64,000 nucleotides of DNA from Alphaproteobacteria bacterium (GTDB lineage Bacteria; Pseudomonadota; Alphaproteobacteria; MPNO01). The stretch lies in contig OZ219866.1 of NCBI GenBank assembly GCA_964291675.2, positions 1,280,001 to 1,344,000 of the forward strand, read 5' to 3'. Shown here piece after piece: positions 38,502-48,791 of this stretch (positions are counted from its first letter, which is position 1; every line of letters starts with the position of its first letter). A model generated the notes under the pieces. That model was not told where the DNA came from and made no database searches. It was given only the letters and a program-made list of their open reading frames with translations. The position numbers and the translations under genes are program-made.

Positions 38502-39818
38502 ATGGTCGATGCCAAGCTGCCGAAATTCGACACGCTGAGCCTGCATGCCGGCCAGCAGCCGGACCCGGCGACCGGCGCCCGCGCGGTGCCGATCTACCAG
38601 ACCACCTCCTACGTCTTCCCCGACACCGACTACGCCGCCTCGCTGTTCAACCTGGAACGCGCGGGCCATATCTACACCCGCATCTCCAACCCGACCACGG
38701 CGGTGTTCGAGGAACGCATCGCCGCGCTCGAAGGCGGCGTCGGCGCGGTGGCCACGGCGAGCGGCCAGGCCGCGCTCCACCTCGCGGTGGCGACGCTGAT
38801 GGACGCAGGCTCCCATATCGTCTCCTCGGCCTCGATCTATGGCGGCAGCCACAACCTGTTCACCCACACTTTGCCCCGCTTCGGCATCGAGACGACCTAC
38901 GTCGATCCGCGCGACCCGGCGGCGTTCCAGGCGGCGATCCGCCCGGAGACCCGGCTGGTCTTCGGCGAGACGCTCGGCAATCCGGGGCTCGAGGTGATGG
39001 ACCTGCCGCGCATCGCCGGGGTCGCGCACGCGGCGGGCATCCCGGTGCTGATCGACAACACCTTCGCCTCGCCCGCCCTGTTCCGGCCGTTCGAGCACGG
39101 CGCCGACCTGGTGCTCCACTCGGCGACCAAGTTCTTGGGCGGGCACGGGGTCGCCATCGGCGGGGTGCTGGTCGACGGCGGCATTTTCGACTGGCAGGGA
39201 TCGGGCATGTTCCCGACCCTGACCGAGCCCTACGCCGGCTATCACGGTATCAATTTCTCGGAAGAGTTCGGCCCGGGCGCCTTCGTCATGCGGGCGCGCG
39301 CGGAGGGGCTGCGCGATTTCGGCGCCTCGATGAGCCCGGCCAACGCCTTCTACCTCTTGCAGGGGGTGGAGACGCTGCCGGTCCGCATGGCGCGGCATGT
39401 CGAGAACACGCGCAGGATCGTCGCCTTTCTCGACGGGCACGGTGCGGTATCGTGGGTCGGCTACCCGGAGCTCGCGAGCCACCCCGACCATGCGCTGGCC
39501 GCGCGGCTCCTGCCCAGGGGGTGCGGCGCGGTGTTCTCCTTCGAGATCGCCGGCGGGCGCGAGGCGGGGCGGGTGTTCATCGAACGGCTCGGCCTGTTCT
39601 CCCATCTCGCCAATGTGGGCGACGCCAAGTCGCTGGTGATCCACCCGGCCTCGACCACGCACCAGCAGATGGACGCGGCGGCGCTGAAGGCGGCGGGGAT
39701 CGGCGAGGGTCTGGTCCGGCTCTCGGTCGGGCTGGAGGACCCGGACGATCTGATCGGCGATCTCGACCAGGCGCTCAGGGCGGCGGCGCGCGCCACGGCC
39801 CCGCGCGCGGCGGAGTAG
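38502..39818 (+). CDS. metY: O-acetylhomoserine aminocarboxypropyltransferase (sulfhydrylase)
   Basis: PIYQTTSY, YTRISNPT, ASGQAA, PLP lysine HSATKFLGGHG, HLANVGDAKSLVIHPASTTH. Confidence 0.93.
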   Translation: MVDAKLPKFDTLSLHAGQQPDPATGARAVPIYQTTSYVFPDTDYAASLFNLERAGHIYTRISNPTTAVFEERIAALEGGVGAVATASGQAALHLAVATLMDAGSHIVSSASIYGGSHNLFTHTLPRFGIETTYVDPRDPAAFQAAIRPETRLVFGETLGNPGLEVMDLPRIAGVAHAAGIPVLIDNTFASPALFRPFEHGADLVLHSATKFLGGHGVAIGGVLVDGGIFDWQGSGMFPTLTEPYAGYHGINFSEEFGPGAFVMRARAEGLRDFGASMSPANAFYLLQGVETLPVRMARHVENTRRIVAFLDGHGAVSWVGYPELASHPDHALAARLLPRGCGAVFSFEIAGGREAGRVFIERLGLFSHLANVGDAKSLVIHPASTTHQQMDAAALKAAGIGEGLVRLSVGLEDPDDLIGDLDQALRAAARATAPRAAE

Positions 39819-39822
39819 GCGG

Positions 39823-40626
39823 ATGGAGTTTCTCGTCGACGGGAAGACCGCCTTCGCGGCCACCGGCGGGCGGGCCTTCGATGCCGCGCGCCCGGCCATC
39901 CTGTTCGTCCACGGCGCGGCCAACGACCATTCGGTGTGGCATCTGCCGGCGCGCTATTTCGCGCATCACGGGTTTGCCGTCGCCGCGATCGACCTGCCGG
40001 GCCACGGGCGGTCGGAGGGCGCGCCGCTGGAGACGATCGACGACATGGCGGCCTGGCTCGGCCGGGCGCGGGACGCGATCGGGCTCGGCCGGGCGGTGCT
40101 GGCGGGGCACAGCATGGGCGCGCTGATCGTGCTGTCGGCCGCCGCCGCCGCGCCCGAGAGGACGGATAAGCTGATCCTGCTCGGCCCCGCGTCGGCGATG
40201 CCGGTGCATGACGACCTGCTGGATGCGGCCCGGCGCAACGACCGCAAGGCGATCGACCTGATCACCTATTGGGGGCTCAGCCGGGATTCGCAGATCGGCG
40301 GGCACCGCAGCCCGGGCCTCTGGATGAACGGCGGCGGGCAGCGGCTGTTGGAGAGCGCCGACGACGGGGTGCTGGCGGCCGGGCTCGCCGCCTGCGCGGC
40401 GTTCGCGGACGGTGAGGCGCGCGCCCGCCTCGTGGCGGCGGAGACCCTGCTGATCCTCGGCGAGCGGGACATGATGACACCGGTCAAGGGCGGGCTCGCG
40501 CTCGCCCGCACGATCCCCGATGCGCGTCACGTGGTGCTCAAGGGCTGCGGCCACATGATGCTCGCCGAGCGGCCCAACGAGACCCTGGACGCGATGCGGG
40601 ATTTCCTCCTGCCGGACGCGCTATAA
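39823..40626 (+). CDS. Alpha/beta hydrolase
   Basis: FVHGA, DLPGHGRS, GHSMG, GERDMMTP, GHMM. Confidence 0.9.
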   Translation: MEFLVDGKTAFAATGGRAFDAARPAILFVHGAANDHSVWHLPARYFAHHGFAVAAIDLPGHGRSEGAPLETIDDMAAWLGRARDAIGLGRAVLAGHSMGALIVLSAAAAAPERTDKLILLGPASAMPVHDDLLDAARRNDRKAIDLITYWGLSRDSQIGGHRSPGLWMNGGGQRLLESADDGVLAAGLAACAAFADGEARARLVAAETLLILGERDMMTPVKGGLALARTIPDARHVVLKGCGHMMLAERPNETLDAMRDFLLPDAL

Positions 40627-40632
40627 CGCGGC

Positions 40633-41829
40633 ATGGACTTCACCCTGCCGCCCGAGCTCGACGATTACCGCCGCCGCGTCCGCGGCTTCGTGGAACAGCA
40701 CATCCTGCCGCTGGAGCGGGATGCGGCGAACGCCGACGAGCACGAGAATTTGCGCGACGACGTGCTGCAAGAAATGCGCGCCAGGGTCAGGGCCGCCGGT
40801 CTCTGGGCGCTCCAGATGCCGAGGGAGCGCGGCGGTCAGGGCCTGCCCGTCATCGGCATGGCGGCCTGCTACGAGGAGATGAACCGCTCGATCTACGGGC
40901 CGGTCTGCTTCAACTCGGCGGCCCCCGACGACGGCAACATGATCGTGCTGGAGAAGGTCGCGACCGAGGCGCAGAAGGAGCGCTGGCTGCAACCGATCGT
41001 CGACGGCAAGGTGCGGTCGTCCTTCGCCATGACCGAGCCGATGCCGGGCTCGGGCTCCGACCCCGCGGCGATGCTGACCACGGCGACGAAGGCGGGCGAC
41101 CGCTGGGTCGTCGACGGGCACAAGTGGTTCATCACCGGGGCCGGGGTGGCGCAACACTTCATCCTGATCGCGCGGACCTCGGACGACCGGCGGCGCGGGC
41201 TCACGGCCTTCCTGTTCGATGCCGGCCAGCCCGGCTTCGAGATCGTCCGGCGCATCCCGATCATGGGGCCTGAGGAGCATGGCGGGCATTGCGAAATCCG
41301 CTTCGACGGCATGGAGATACCCGACGAGAACCGGCTGATGGAGGTGGGGGACGGGCTCAAGCTCACCCAGATCCGGCTCGGCACCGCGAGGCTCACCCAC
41401 TGCATGCGCTGGACCGGGATGGCCAAGCGCGCTCTGGAAGAGACGTTTGCCTATGTCGGCGAGCGCGAGAGCTTCGGCGCCAAACTCGCCGACCACGAGG
41501 GCGTGCAGTGGATGCTGGGCGAGGCGGCGATGCAGGTCGATATCGGCCGGCTCTTGACCATGCGGGCGGCGGCGCGGCTGGACGCCGGCGATTTCGCGCG
41601 CAAGGAGGTCTCGATGGCCAAGGTCGTGGTCTCCGAGGCGCTGCACACCGCCGTCGATACGGCGATCCAGCTGCTCGGCGCGCGCGGCTACTCCAAGGAC
41701 ACCAGGCTCGAATGGATGTACCGCTACGCCCGCCAGGCCCGGCTGGTCGACGGGGCGTCGGAAGTCCACAAGATGGTGCTGTCCCGCTTCCTGCTCGAAG
41801 AGGGGGTCGATTTCTGGAGCTGGCCGTGA
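40633..41829 (+). CDS. Acyl-CoA dehydrogenase (ACAD10/11- or LvaC-like)
   Basis: FNSAAPDDGNM, SSFAMTEP, GHKWFITGA, RLGTARLTHCMR, RLVDGASEVH. Confidence 0.92.
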   Translation: MDFTLPPELDDYRRRVRGFVEQHILPLERDAANADEHENLRDDVLQEMRARVRAAGLWALQMPRERGGQGLPVIGMAACYEEMNRSIYGPVCFNSAAPDDGNMIVLEKVATEAQKERWLQPIVDGKVRSSFAMTEPMPGSGSDPAAMLTTATKAGDRWVVDGHKWFITGAGVAQHFILIARTSDDRRRGLTAFLFDAGQPGFEIVRRIPIMGPEEHGGHCEIRFDGMEIPDENRLMEVGDGLKLTQIRLGTARLTHCMRWTGMAKRALEETFAYVGERESFGAKLADHEGVQWMLGEAAMQVDIGRLLTMRAAARLDAGDFARKEVSMAKVVVSEALHTAVDTAIQLLGARGYSKDTRLEWMYRYARQARLVDGASEVHKMVLSRFLLEEGVDFWSWP

Positions 41830-42827
41830 GCGACCGCCTCGCCGCGTTTATCCGGGCGGAAGCCGGCGCGGATTGGGTCGGCATCGCCAACGAGAAGCGG
41901 CTGGCGGGCGGCGCGATCCAGGAGAACCGCGCGCTCGACGTGGACATCGCGGGCGGCCCGCTTGCCGGGCGGCACGAGCTGGTATTGCGGACCGAGGCGA
42001 AATCCTCGGTGCCGCTCAGCCAGCCGGTCGCCCACCAGTTCGCCTGTCTGGAACGCGCCCGCTCGGTGGGGATGACGGTGCCGGAACCGCTCTGGCGGTC
42101 CGACGATCCCGGCATCGTCGGCGCCCCGTTCTATCTGATGCGCCGCATCGAGGGCGAGGCGCTCGGCAACCGCGTGGTGCGGCAGGGGCCGAACCCGGCG
42201 CTTGCCGAGACCCTCGGGCGCGAGCTCGCCAGGCTGCACCGCGTCGTGCCGCCCGACGACGTTCTCGGCTTCCTCGGCGAGCCGCCGGCCGACCCGGCCG
42301 CCTCCGGCATCGCGCTCTATCGCGGCTTTCTCGATGCCGAGGCGATGCCCCACCCGGCGATCGAGTGGGGCCTGCGCTGGCTGGAGACGCATGCAGCGGA
42401 AACCGGCGAGATCGTGCTCTGCCACCACGACTTCCGCACCGGCAACTACATGGTGCAGGACGGCCGGCTCACCGGAATCCTGGACTGGGAGTTCGCCGGC
42501 TGGGCCGACCCGATGGAGGATGTCGCCTGGTTCTGCGCGCGGTGCTGGCGTTTCGGCGCGCATGCGCTGGAGGCCGGCGGAATCGCCGACCGCGCGCCGT
42601 TCTACGCGGGATACGAGAGCGAGAGCGGGCGGCGGATCGACCCGGAAAAGATCCGTTTCTACGAGGTCATGGCGCATGTCCGCTGGGCGGTGATCGCGCT
42701 CCACCAATGCAACCGCCATCTGTCGGGCGCGGAGCGGGACCTGGAGCTCGCGCTGATCGGCCGGCGCCTCCCCGAGCTCGAACACGAGATCCTCGCGCTC
42801 ACGGCGCCGGGAGGGCGCGATGCGTGA
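41826..42827 (+). CDS. APH-family phosphotransferase (LvaA-like)
   Basis: LAGGAIQEN, PFYLMRR, HHDFRTGNY, ILDWEF, DPMEDVAW; GTGA overlap. Confidence 0.9.
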   Translation: MSDRLAAFIRAEAGADWVGIANEKRLAGGAIQENRALDVDIAGGPLAGRHELVLRTEAKSSVPLSQPVAHQFACLERARSVGMTVPEPLWRSDDPGIVGAPFYLMRRIEGEALGNRVVRQGPNPALAETLGRELARLHRVVPPDDVLGFLGEPPADPAASGIALYRGFLDAEAMPHPAIEWGLRWLETHAAETGEIVLCHHDFRTGNYMVQDGRLTGILDWEFAGWADPMEDVAWFCARCWRFGAHALEAGGIADRAPFYAGYESESGRRIDPEKIRFYEVMAHVRWAVIALHQCNRHLSGAERDLELALIGRRLPELEHEILALTAPGGRDA

Positions 42828-43218
42828 CAAGCCGGACATCGCCGACCTGCTGGAGACCGCGCGGACGGCGCTGATGGAAGACCTGCTCCCCAGGCTCGCG
42901 CCCGAGCACCGCTACCGCGCCCATCTGGTCGCCGCGGCGATGGCGACGGCGGCGCGCGAGCTCGCCGCCGGGGACGAGTGGCAGGCTGCGGAACGCGAGG
43001 CGCTGGCAAGGCTCCTCGGCGAGGACGCGGACTTGGAGGCACTCAATCGGAGGTTCGCGGCGAAACTGCGCGCCGGCGCCTTCGACGGCAGCGAGGCGGC
43101 CTACGCCCTCCTCGTCCGCTCGACCGCCGCCCGCCTCGCCGAGTGCAACCCGGGCTACGAGACGGGGCAGGGCGTCAGTCCGGGCGGTAGTGGATCGCCC
43201 GCATCGGCGTCGGGTTGA
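42820..43218 (+). CDS. Small helical protein (DUF6285/LvaB-like)
   Basis: MRDKPDIADLLETAR..., RLAECNPGY; overlaps the phosphotransferase stop. Confidence 0.7.
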   Translation: MRDKPDIADLLETARTALMEDLLPRLAPEHRYRAHLVAAAMATAARELAAGDEWQAAEREALARLLGEDADLEALNRRFAAKLRAGAFDGSEAAYALLVRSTAARLAECNPGYETGQGVSPGGSGSPASASG

Positions 43219-43804
43219 AGGCGTTGCACTTGTTGCGCTCCTGCGGGCAGTTCGACATCGCGACCAGCACGTCGGTCTCGGCGGTGAAGTCGACGTAATC
43301 GCCCGCCTTCGAGCTCGGCAGCTCGATGGTGAAGGTGCCGTCGGGCTGGATCGGGCAGTTCATGAAGACGTTGATGTTATAGGGGATCTGCTTCCATTCG
43401 ATGCCCCAGGGCGCGAGCGCGGCGGCGAAGTTGTCGCGGCAGTTGGGCGTGCCCTCGACGCCGTAGCGGTACCGGTTGGTGAAGCGCGAGCAGGCGCCGG
43501 CGATGATGTCGTGCGTTCCGTTGGTGTCGGCGGTCATGGTCATCAGCTTGCCGGCCTCGTCGGAGAACAGCGTGTAGCCGACCCCCGGGAAGACCTGGTT
43601 GTTCAGCAGCAGCGTGTTGTGCGGCGACAGCTTCTCCTCCAGCCGGTGCAGGTTGAAGCAGAGGAAATCGGCGACCTGCTGGCCCTCGACGTCGACGATG
43701 CGGTAGACCTCGCCCTTCCTCACCTCGCAGGCGTGATGGCCGCGCGGCTCGACGAGCCTGTCCTCGATCACGGCTCCGGGAACCGTAATGACATCGGTGC
43801 CCAT
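43175..43804 (-). CDS. DUF1989 urea carboxylase-associated family protein
   Basis: IVDVEGQQVADF, HDIIAGAC, NCRDNF, INVFMN, SKAGDYVDF, SNCPQ, CNAFNPTP. Confidence 0.9.
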   Translation of the reverse strand: MGTDVITVPGAVIEDRLVEPRGHHACEVRKGEVYRIVDVEGQQVADFLCFNLHRLEEKLSPHNTLLLNNQVFPGVGYTLFSDEAGKLMTMTADTNGTHDIIAGACSRFTNRYRYGVEGTPNCRDNFAAALAPWGIEWKQIPYNINVFMNCPIQPDGTFTIELPSSKAGDYVDFTAETDVLVAMSNCPQERNKCNAFNPTPMRAIHYRPD

Positions 43805-43926
43805 CCCTGCCTCCCTGGCGGTGTGCGATCGCCCAGCGTGGCACGGGCCGGGCGCCGCGTCCATGGGGGCTTTCTCGGCCGCTAGCGTGGTGTAGTCTCC
43901 GGTCTGCGCGCGTCAGGGAGGGGGCG

Positions 43927-45249
43927 ATGGCGGGGCCGACCGAGAGCGAGATCGCCGGGCTGATCCGGCCCGGGCGGGTGCATCGCCGGGTCTATGCCGA
44001 TCCGGCGATCTTCGCGCTGGAGATGGAGCGCATCTTCGCCCGCGCCTGGATCTATGTCGGGCATGAGAGCCAGGTGAAGGCGCCGGGCGACTACGTCCGC
44101 ACCCGGATCGGCCGCCGCCCGATGGTCATGACGCGCCACGAGGACGGCTCGATCCGGGTGATCCACAACCAGTGCGCCCATCGCGGCGCCATGGTGGTGG
44201 CGAAGGACGCCGGCAACGCGAGCCGGTTCGAGTGCTGCTATCACGGCTGGACCTACGCCACCGACGGCAGGCTGATCCACGTGCCGCTCAGGCACGGCTA
44301 TCCGGCCCATTTCGACCCGGACGACCCGGGGACGGCGATGGTCGCGGCGGCGCGGGTCGCGAGCTATCGCGGCTTCGTCTTCGCCTCGCTGGCGACGGAC
44401 GGGCCGCCGCTTGCCGACTTCCTCGGCTACATGACCACCTCCTTCGACGACATGGTCGACCGCGCGCCGGACGGCGAGATCGAGGTCGCGGGCGGGGTGT
44501 TCAAGCACGCCTATGACGGCAACTGGAAGCTGTACCTGGAGAATCTGTGCGACGCGGCGCATCCGATCTTCGTCCACCGCTCCTCGATCGACGCCGCCAG
44601 GGTGCAGGACGATGCGGCGCATTCGACCGGGGCGGGCGAGATCGCGGTGCGCCAGATGCGCCAGAACGGCGCGCCGCACGATTTCTGGCGCGAGCAGGTG
44701 GGTATCTGGACCTATCCCGGCGGGCACGCCTTCCTGGGCGACTACCACGACGACGAGAAGCTGGTCGCAGCCAGCGGCGATCCCCTGTTCGCCGAGTACC
44801 TCGCCGCCCTGGAGGCGAGGAAGGGGGCGGCGGAGGCGAAGCGCGTCATGGAGGTGACGCGCTGGAACTCGAACGTCTATCCCAACCTCTCCTTCATGAG
44901 CCAGTTCCGCCAGCTCCGCGTGGTCCACCCGGTCGCGGTCGACCGCACCGAGGTCCATACCTATGCCTTCCGCCTCAAGGGCGCACCGGCGCAGATGTTC
45001 GAGGACACGATCGCGTTCGCCAACGTCACCAACGGGACCGGCTCGCCGGTGCTGACCGACGACCTGGAGACCTACGGGCGGATCGGCCGGGGCGTCGCCT
45101 CGGCGGGCGCCGAGTGGATCGAGATCGGCCGCGGCTACCAGACCGACCGGCCGGACGGCACGGGCGGCGTCGCCGGCATCGATTCGACCAGCGAGGTCTA
45201 CATCCGCAACATGTACGACGCTTGGCTCGGTTTCATGGCGGCGCCGTGA
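43927..45249 (+). CDS. Rieske aromatic ring-hydroxylating oxygenase, alpha subunit
   Basis: Rieske CAH...CCYHGW; mononuclear Fe ligands ENLCDAAHPIFVH and DDLE. Confidence 0.95.
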   Translation: MAGPTESEIAGLIRPGRVHRRVYADPAIFALEMERIFARAWIYVGHESQVKAPGDYVRTRIGRRPMVMTRHEDGSIRVIHNQCAHRGAMVVAKDAGNASRFECCYHGWTYATDGRLIHVPLRHGYPAHFDPDDPGTAMVAAARVASYRGFVFASLATDGPPLADFLGYMTTSFDDMVDRAPDGEIEVAGGVFKHAYDGNWKLYLENLCDAAHPIFVHRSSIDAARVQDDAAHSTGAGEIAVRQMRQNGAPHDFWREQVGIWTYPGGHAFLGDYHDDEKLVAASGDPLFAEYLAALEARKGAAEAKRVMEVTRWNSNVYPNLSFMSQFRQLRVVHPVAVDRTEVHTYAFRLKGAPAQMFEDTIAFANVTNGTGSPVLTDDLETYGRIGRGVASAGAEWIEIGRGYQTDRPDGTGGVAGIDSTSEVYIRNMYDAWLGFMAAP

Positions 45250-45722
45250 GCCGGCCCGCGCCCGACGAGATCGAGAGCTTTCTCGTCGCCGAGGCGCGCA
45301 TGCTCGACGAGCGCCGCTGGGAGGACTGGCTCGCGCTGTTCGCCGAGGACGGCTGGTACTGGGTGCCGCTGGAGGAGGGCCAGGACAACCCGCGGCAGAC
45401 GGTCTCGCTGATCTATGACGACCGGCGCCTCCTGGAGACCCGCATCCGCCGCCTCGCCGAGGCGGCGCTGCACGCCCAGACCCCGGCCTCGCGCACCAGC
45501 CGCATCGTCGCCAACCCGACGGTGGAGGAGGAGGAGGGCGGCGAGGTCACCGTGCGCGCCAAGTTCCAGATGGTCGAGTCCCGCAACGACGCCCGCCGGG
45601 TCTTCGCCGGCACCACCTGGCACCGGCTCCGGCGCGACGGCGCGGGCTTCCGCATCCGCTGGAAGCGGGTCGACCTGGTCGACTGCGACGCCGTCCATGA
45701 CGGGATCAGCGTCCCGTTCTGA
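45246..45722 (+). CDS. Aromatic ring-hydroxylating oxygenase, beta subunit
   Basis: FLVAEARMLDERRWEDWL, YWVP, SLIYDD, KRVDL; GTGA overlap with alpha subunit. Confidence 0.92.
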   Translation: MSRPAPDEIESFLVAEARMLDERRWEDWLALFAEDGWYWVPLEEGQDNPRQTVSLIYDDRRLLETRIRRLAEAALHAQTPASRTSRIVANPTVEEEEGGEVTVRAKFQMVESRNDARRVFAGTTWHRLRRDGAGFRIRWKRVDLVDCDAVHDGISVPF

Positions 45723-47483
45723 TCAGCGCCGTCCGAACAGGCGCTCGATATCGGCGAGCTTGAGCTCGACATAGGTGGGCCGGCCGTGGTTGCACTGGCC
45801 CGCGTTCGGCGTCGCCTCCATCTGGCGCAGGAGCGCGTTCATCTCGTCCGCCGTAAGCCGCCTGCCCGCGCGTACACTGCCGTGGCAGGCCATGGTGGAG
45901 CAGAGTTCGTCCAGCCGCTCCTTCAAGGCGAGCCCGGTGCCGTGCTCGGCGAGCTCGTCGGCGAGGTCGCGCACCAGCCCGCCGGCCTCGCTGACCCCGA
46001 GCAGCGCCGGCACCGCGCGCACGATCACGGCTTGCGGCCCGAAGCGCTCCAGCACCAGGCCGAGCTCGGCGAGCTCGTCGGCCCGCGCCGCCACCCGGTC
46101 GGCCGCAGTCTCGTCGAGCTCCACCACCTCGGGGATCAGGAGCTGCTGCTGCGCCGCCCCGCCCTCGCCCATCGCCGCCTTGATGCGCTCATAGACGATG
46201 CGCTCGTGCGCCGCGTGCTGGTCGACGATGACGATCCCGTCCCCGGTCTGGGCGACGACATAGGTCGCATGGAGCTGCGCCCTGGCCGCGCCGAGCGGGT
46301 GGGTGTCGCCCTCCGGCGCGGCGTCGTCGGGCGCCGCGGCGGCGGGGGCGAAGCCGTCCGGGGACGGTTGCAGCGGCGCCTGGAAGCGGGCAGCCGTCTC
46401 GGCGAGATGACCCGTGACGGCCGCGCCGGTGCCGGGGCGGAACCGGCCGAGCGTGTGGGCGGCCACGGTGGACGACGCCCGGTGCCCGGCCGCCGCGAGC
46501 GCGTGCTTCAGCGCGCCCACGATCAGCCCGCGGACCAGGGCCGCGTCGCGGAACCGGACCTCGGTCTTGGCCGGGTGGACGTTCACGTCGACCAGGCGGT
46601 GCGGCACGTCGAGCCGCAGCACCACGAGCGGGTGCCGGTCGCGGGCCAGGAGGTCGGAATAGGCCGCGCGGATCGCGCCCGAGAACAGCCGGTCCTGCAC
46701 CGGGCGGCCGTTGACGAAGACGAATTGCGCCTGCGCGTTGCCGCGGTTGAGCGTCGGCAGACCGGCGCGGCCGGTGAGCGTCAAACCCTCGCGCTCGGCC
46801 TCGACGACGACCGAGTTGTCGACGAAATCGGCGCCCATCACCTGCACCAGCCGCCCGGCATCGGCCTCCAGCAGGTCCCCGGTGCCGGCCTCGTAGCGGA
46901 GATGGGTGCGGTCCTCGCCGGCCAGCGTGAACGAGATCCCGGGCTCGGCGAGCGCGAGCCGGCGCAGCGCGTCCACCGCGTGGCGCAGCTCGGACCGCGC
47001 CGATTTGAGGAATTTGAGCCTTGCCGGCGTCGCGAAGAACAGGTCGCGCACCTCGACCCTGGTGCCGGCGGCGAGCGCGACGGGGCGGGGCAGGCCGATC
47101 GCCCCGCCCTCGACCGCGATCGCGTTGGCCGCGTCGGCGCCCCGGGCGCGGCTCGCGATGGAGAGCCGGCTCACCGAGCCGATCGAGGGCAGCGCCTCGC
47201 CGCGGAAGCCGAGCGTGGCTATGCGCGACAAATCTTCATCCGGCAATTTCGAGGTCGCGTGGCGTTCGACCGCCAGCGCGAGCTCGTCCGCCGTCATGCC
47301 ACAGCCGTCGTCGGCGACCGCGATCAGCGTGCGCCCGCCGTCGCGCAGGGTCACGTCGATGCGCCCCGCGCCGGCGTCGATCGCGTTCTCGACCAGCTCC
47401 TTGACCGCCGAGGACGGGCGTTCCACCACCTCGCCCGCGGCGATGCGGTTGACCAGCGTCGCCGGCAGCCGCCGGATCGTCAT
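45723..47483 (-). CDS. mutL: DNA mismatch repair endonuclease MutL
   Basis: [55 protein letters not shown]. Confidence 0.98.
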   Translation of the reverse strand: MTIRRLPATLVNRIAAGEVVERPSSAVKELVENAIDAGAGRIDVTLRDGGRTLIAVADDGCGMTADELALAVERHATSKLPDEDLSRIATLGFRGEALPSIGSVSRLSIASRARGADAANAIAVEGGAIGLPRPVALAAGTRVEVRDLFFATPARLKFLKSARSELRHAVDALRRLALAEPGISFTLAGEDRTHLRYEAGTGDLLEADAGRLVQVMGADFVDNSVVVEAEREGLTLTGRAGLPTLNRGNAQAQFVFVNGRPVQDRLFSGAIRAAYSDLLARDRHPLVVLRLDVPHRLVDVNVHPAKTEVRFRDAALVRGLIVGALKHALAAAGHRASSTVAAHTLGRFRPGTGAAVTGHLAETAARFQAPLQPSPDGFAPAAAAPDDAAPEGDTHPLGAARAQLHATYVVAQTGDGIVIVDQHAAHERIVYERIKAAMGEGGAAQQQLLIPEVVELDETAADRVAARADELAELGLVLERFGPQAVIVRAVPALLGVSEAGGLVRDLADELAEHGTGLALKERLDELCSTMACHGSVRAGRRLTADEMNALLRQMEATPNAGQCNHGRPTYVELKLADIERLFGRR

Positions 47484-48784
47484 GGTGCGTCCCCCGCCGC
47501 CGCCAGGTAGGACCGGGCGAGCGCCTTCCCCGCCTCCACCGCCGGCTGGTCGAACGCATCGACACCGAGCAGATGCGCGGCGATCACGGTCTCCAGCATG
47601 AAATGCATCATCAGCGCGCCCATCGCCCTTTCGTCGAGCGCGGACAGCCGGATCACGCGGACCGGACGCCCACTGCGCGCCAGCACCTCGGCGGTGGCGC
47701 GCTGTTCGGCGGCCATCAGGTCGCCGACCGTCCTGTCCCGAATATAGGCAAGCGCCGGGTCGGCGGCGAGGGTGGCGGGGATTCGCTGCCCCGTCCCGGC
47801 GCGGTCCAGCACGATCAGGGTGAACAGCTTGTCGGCCGGCCCGTCGAGCCAGAGCTGGAGCTGGCTGTGCTGGTCGATGGTGCCGAGCGCATCGATCGGC
47901 GTGGTTCCGGCGCCGTCCTTGCCGAGGCTCTCGGCCCAGAGCTGGCGGAACCAGCGGCCGAACTCGGCCAGCCGGTCGGCATAGGGCATCAGCACGGTCT
48001 GGGCGATGCCGCGGCTCTGGAGCGCCAGCAGCGCGAGCGCCGCGCCCTCGGCGGCGGGAACCTCGCGAGGCGGCGCGCCGGCGAGCACCGGGTCGAGCAC
48101 GGCGGCGGCACCCGCCCGGATTGCGGCCGCGTCGAGCCCCGCGATCGTCGCCGGCAGCAGCCCGGGGGCGGACAGCGCCGAATACCGCCCGCCGATCCCG
48201 GGATCGCAGTCGAGCACCGGAAAGCCGTGCGCGGCGGCGAGCCGGCGCAGCGTATTGTCGCCGGGCTCGGCGAGCGCGGTCATGCATTCGCCCGCGTCGA
48301 TGCCCTTTGCATCCAGCGCAGCCAGCACGACCAGGAGCTGGGCCAGGGTCTCCGCGGTCTCGCCGGATTTGGAGACCGCGAGCCAGCCGGTGCGGGCGAG
48401 GTCGAGCGCGGCGAACATGGCGCCCATCCCGTCGGGATCGACGTTCTCGGCGAAGTCGATGCGGGGCGCGCCGGGCCGGGGTCCGAAGCCTTGGTCGGCC
48501 AGCGCGCAGAGCGTCTTGCCGCCCAGGCTCGATCCGCCCGTCCCCAGCACGACCACCCGGTCGAACCGGTCCCGGTAACGCCCCGCGATCCGCGCCAGTT
48601 CCGGCAGGTCGCCGCGCATCCCGGGCAGGCGGAACAGCGGAAGGCTGCCGTCGCCATGCGCGGCGCGGATCGCCGCCAGCGCTGGCCTGGCGTCCTCCAG
48701 CGTCACCTCGAATTTCAGCTTGTCCAGCCCGCGCGCACCGATCGCTTCGGCGAAGCAGGCGGTCAGGTCCTGGGCATAGGGCAT
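47480..48784 (-). CDS. pgi: Glucose-6-phosphate isomerase
   Basis: [49 protein letters not shown]. Confidence 0.96.
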   Translation of the reverse strand: MPYAQDLTACFAEAIGARGLDKLKFEVTLEDARPALAAIRAAHGDGSLPLFRLPGMRGDLPELARIAGRYRDRFDRVVVLGTGGSSLGGKTLCALADQGFGPRPGAPRIDFAENVDPDGMGAMFAALDLARTGWLAVSKSGETAETLAQLLVVLAALDAKGIDAGECMTALAEPGDNTLRRLAAAHGFPVLDCDPGIGGRYSALSAPGLLPATIAGLDAAAIRAGAAAVLDPVLAGAPPREVPAAEGAALALLALQSRGIAQTVLMPYADRLAEFGRWFRQLWAESLGKDGAGTTPIDALGTIDQHSQLQLWLDGPADKLFTLIVLDRAGTGQRIPATLAADPALAYIRDRTVGDLMAAEQRATAEVLARSGRPVRVIRLSALDERAMGALMMHFMLETVIAAHLLGVDAFDQPAVEAGKALARSYLAAAGDAP

Positions 48785-48791
48785 CGCCGCG

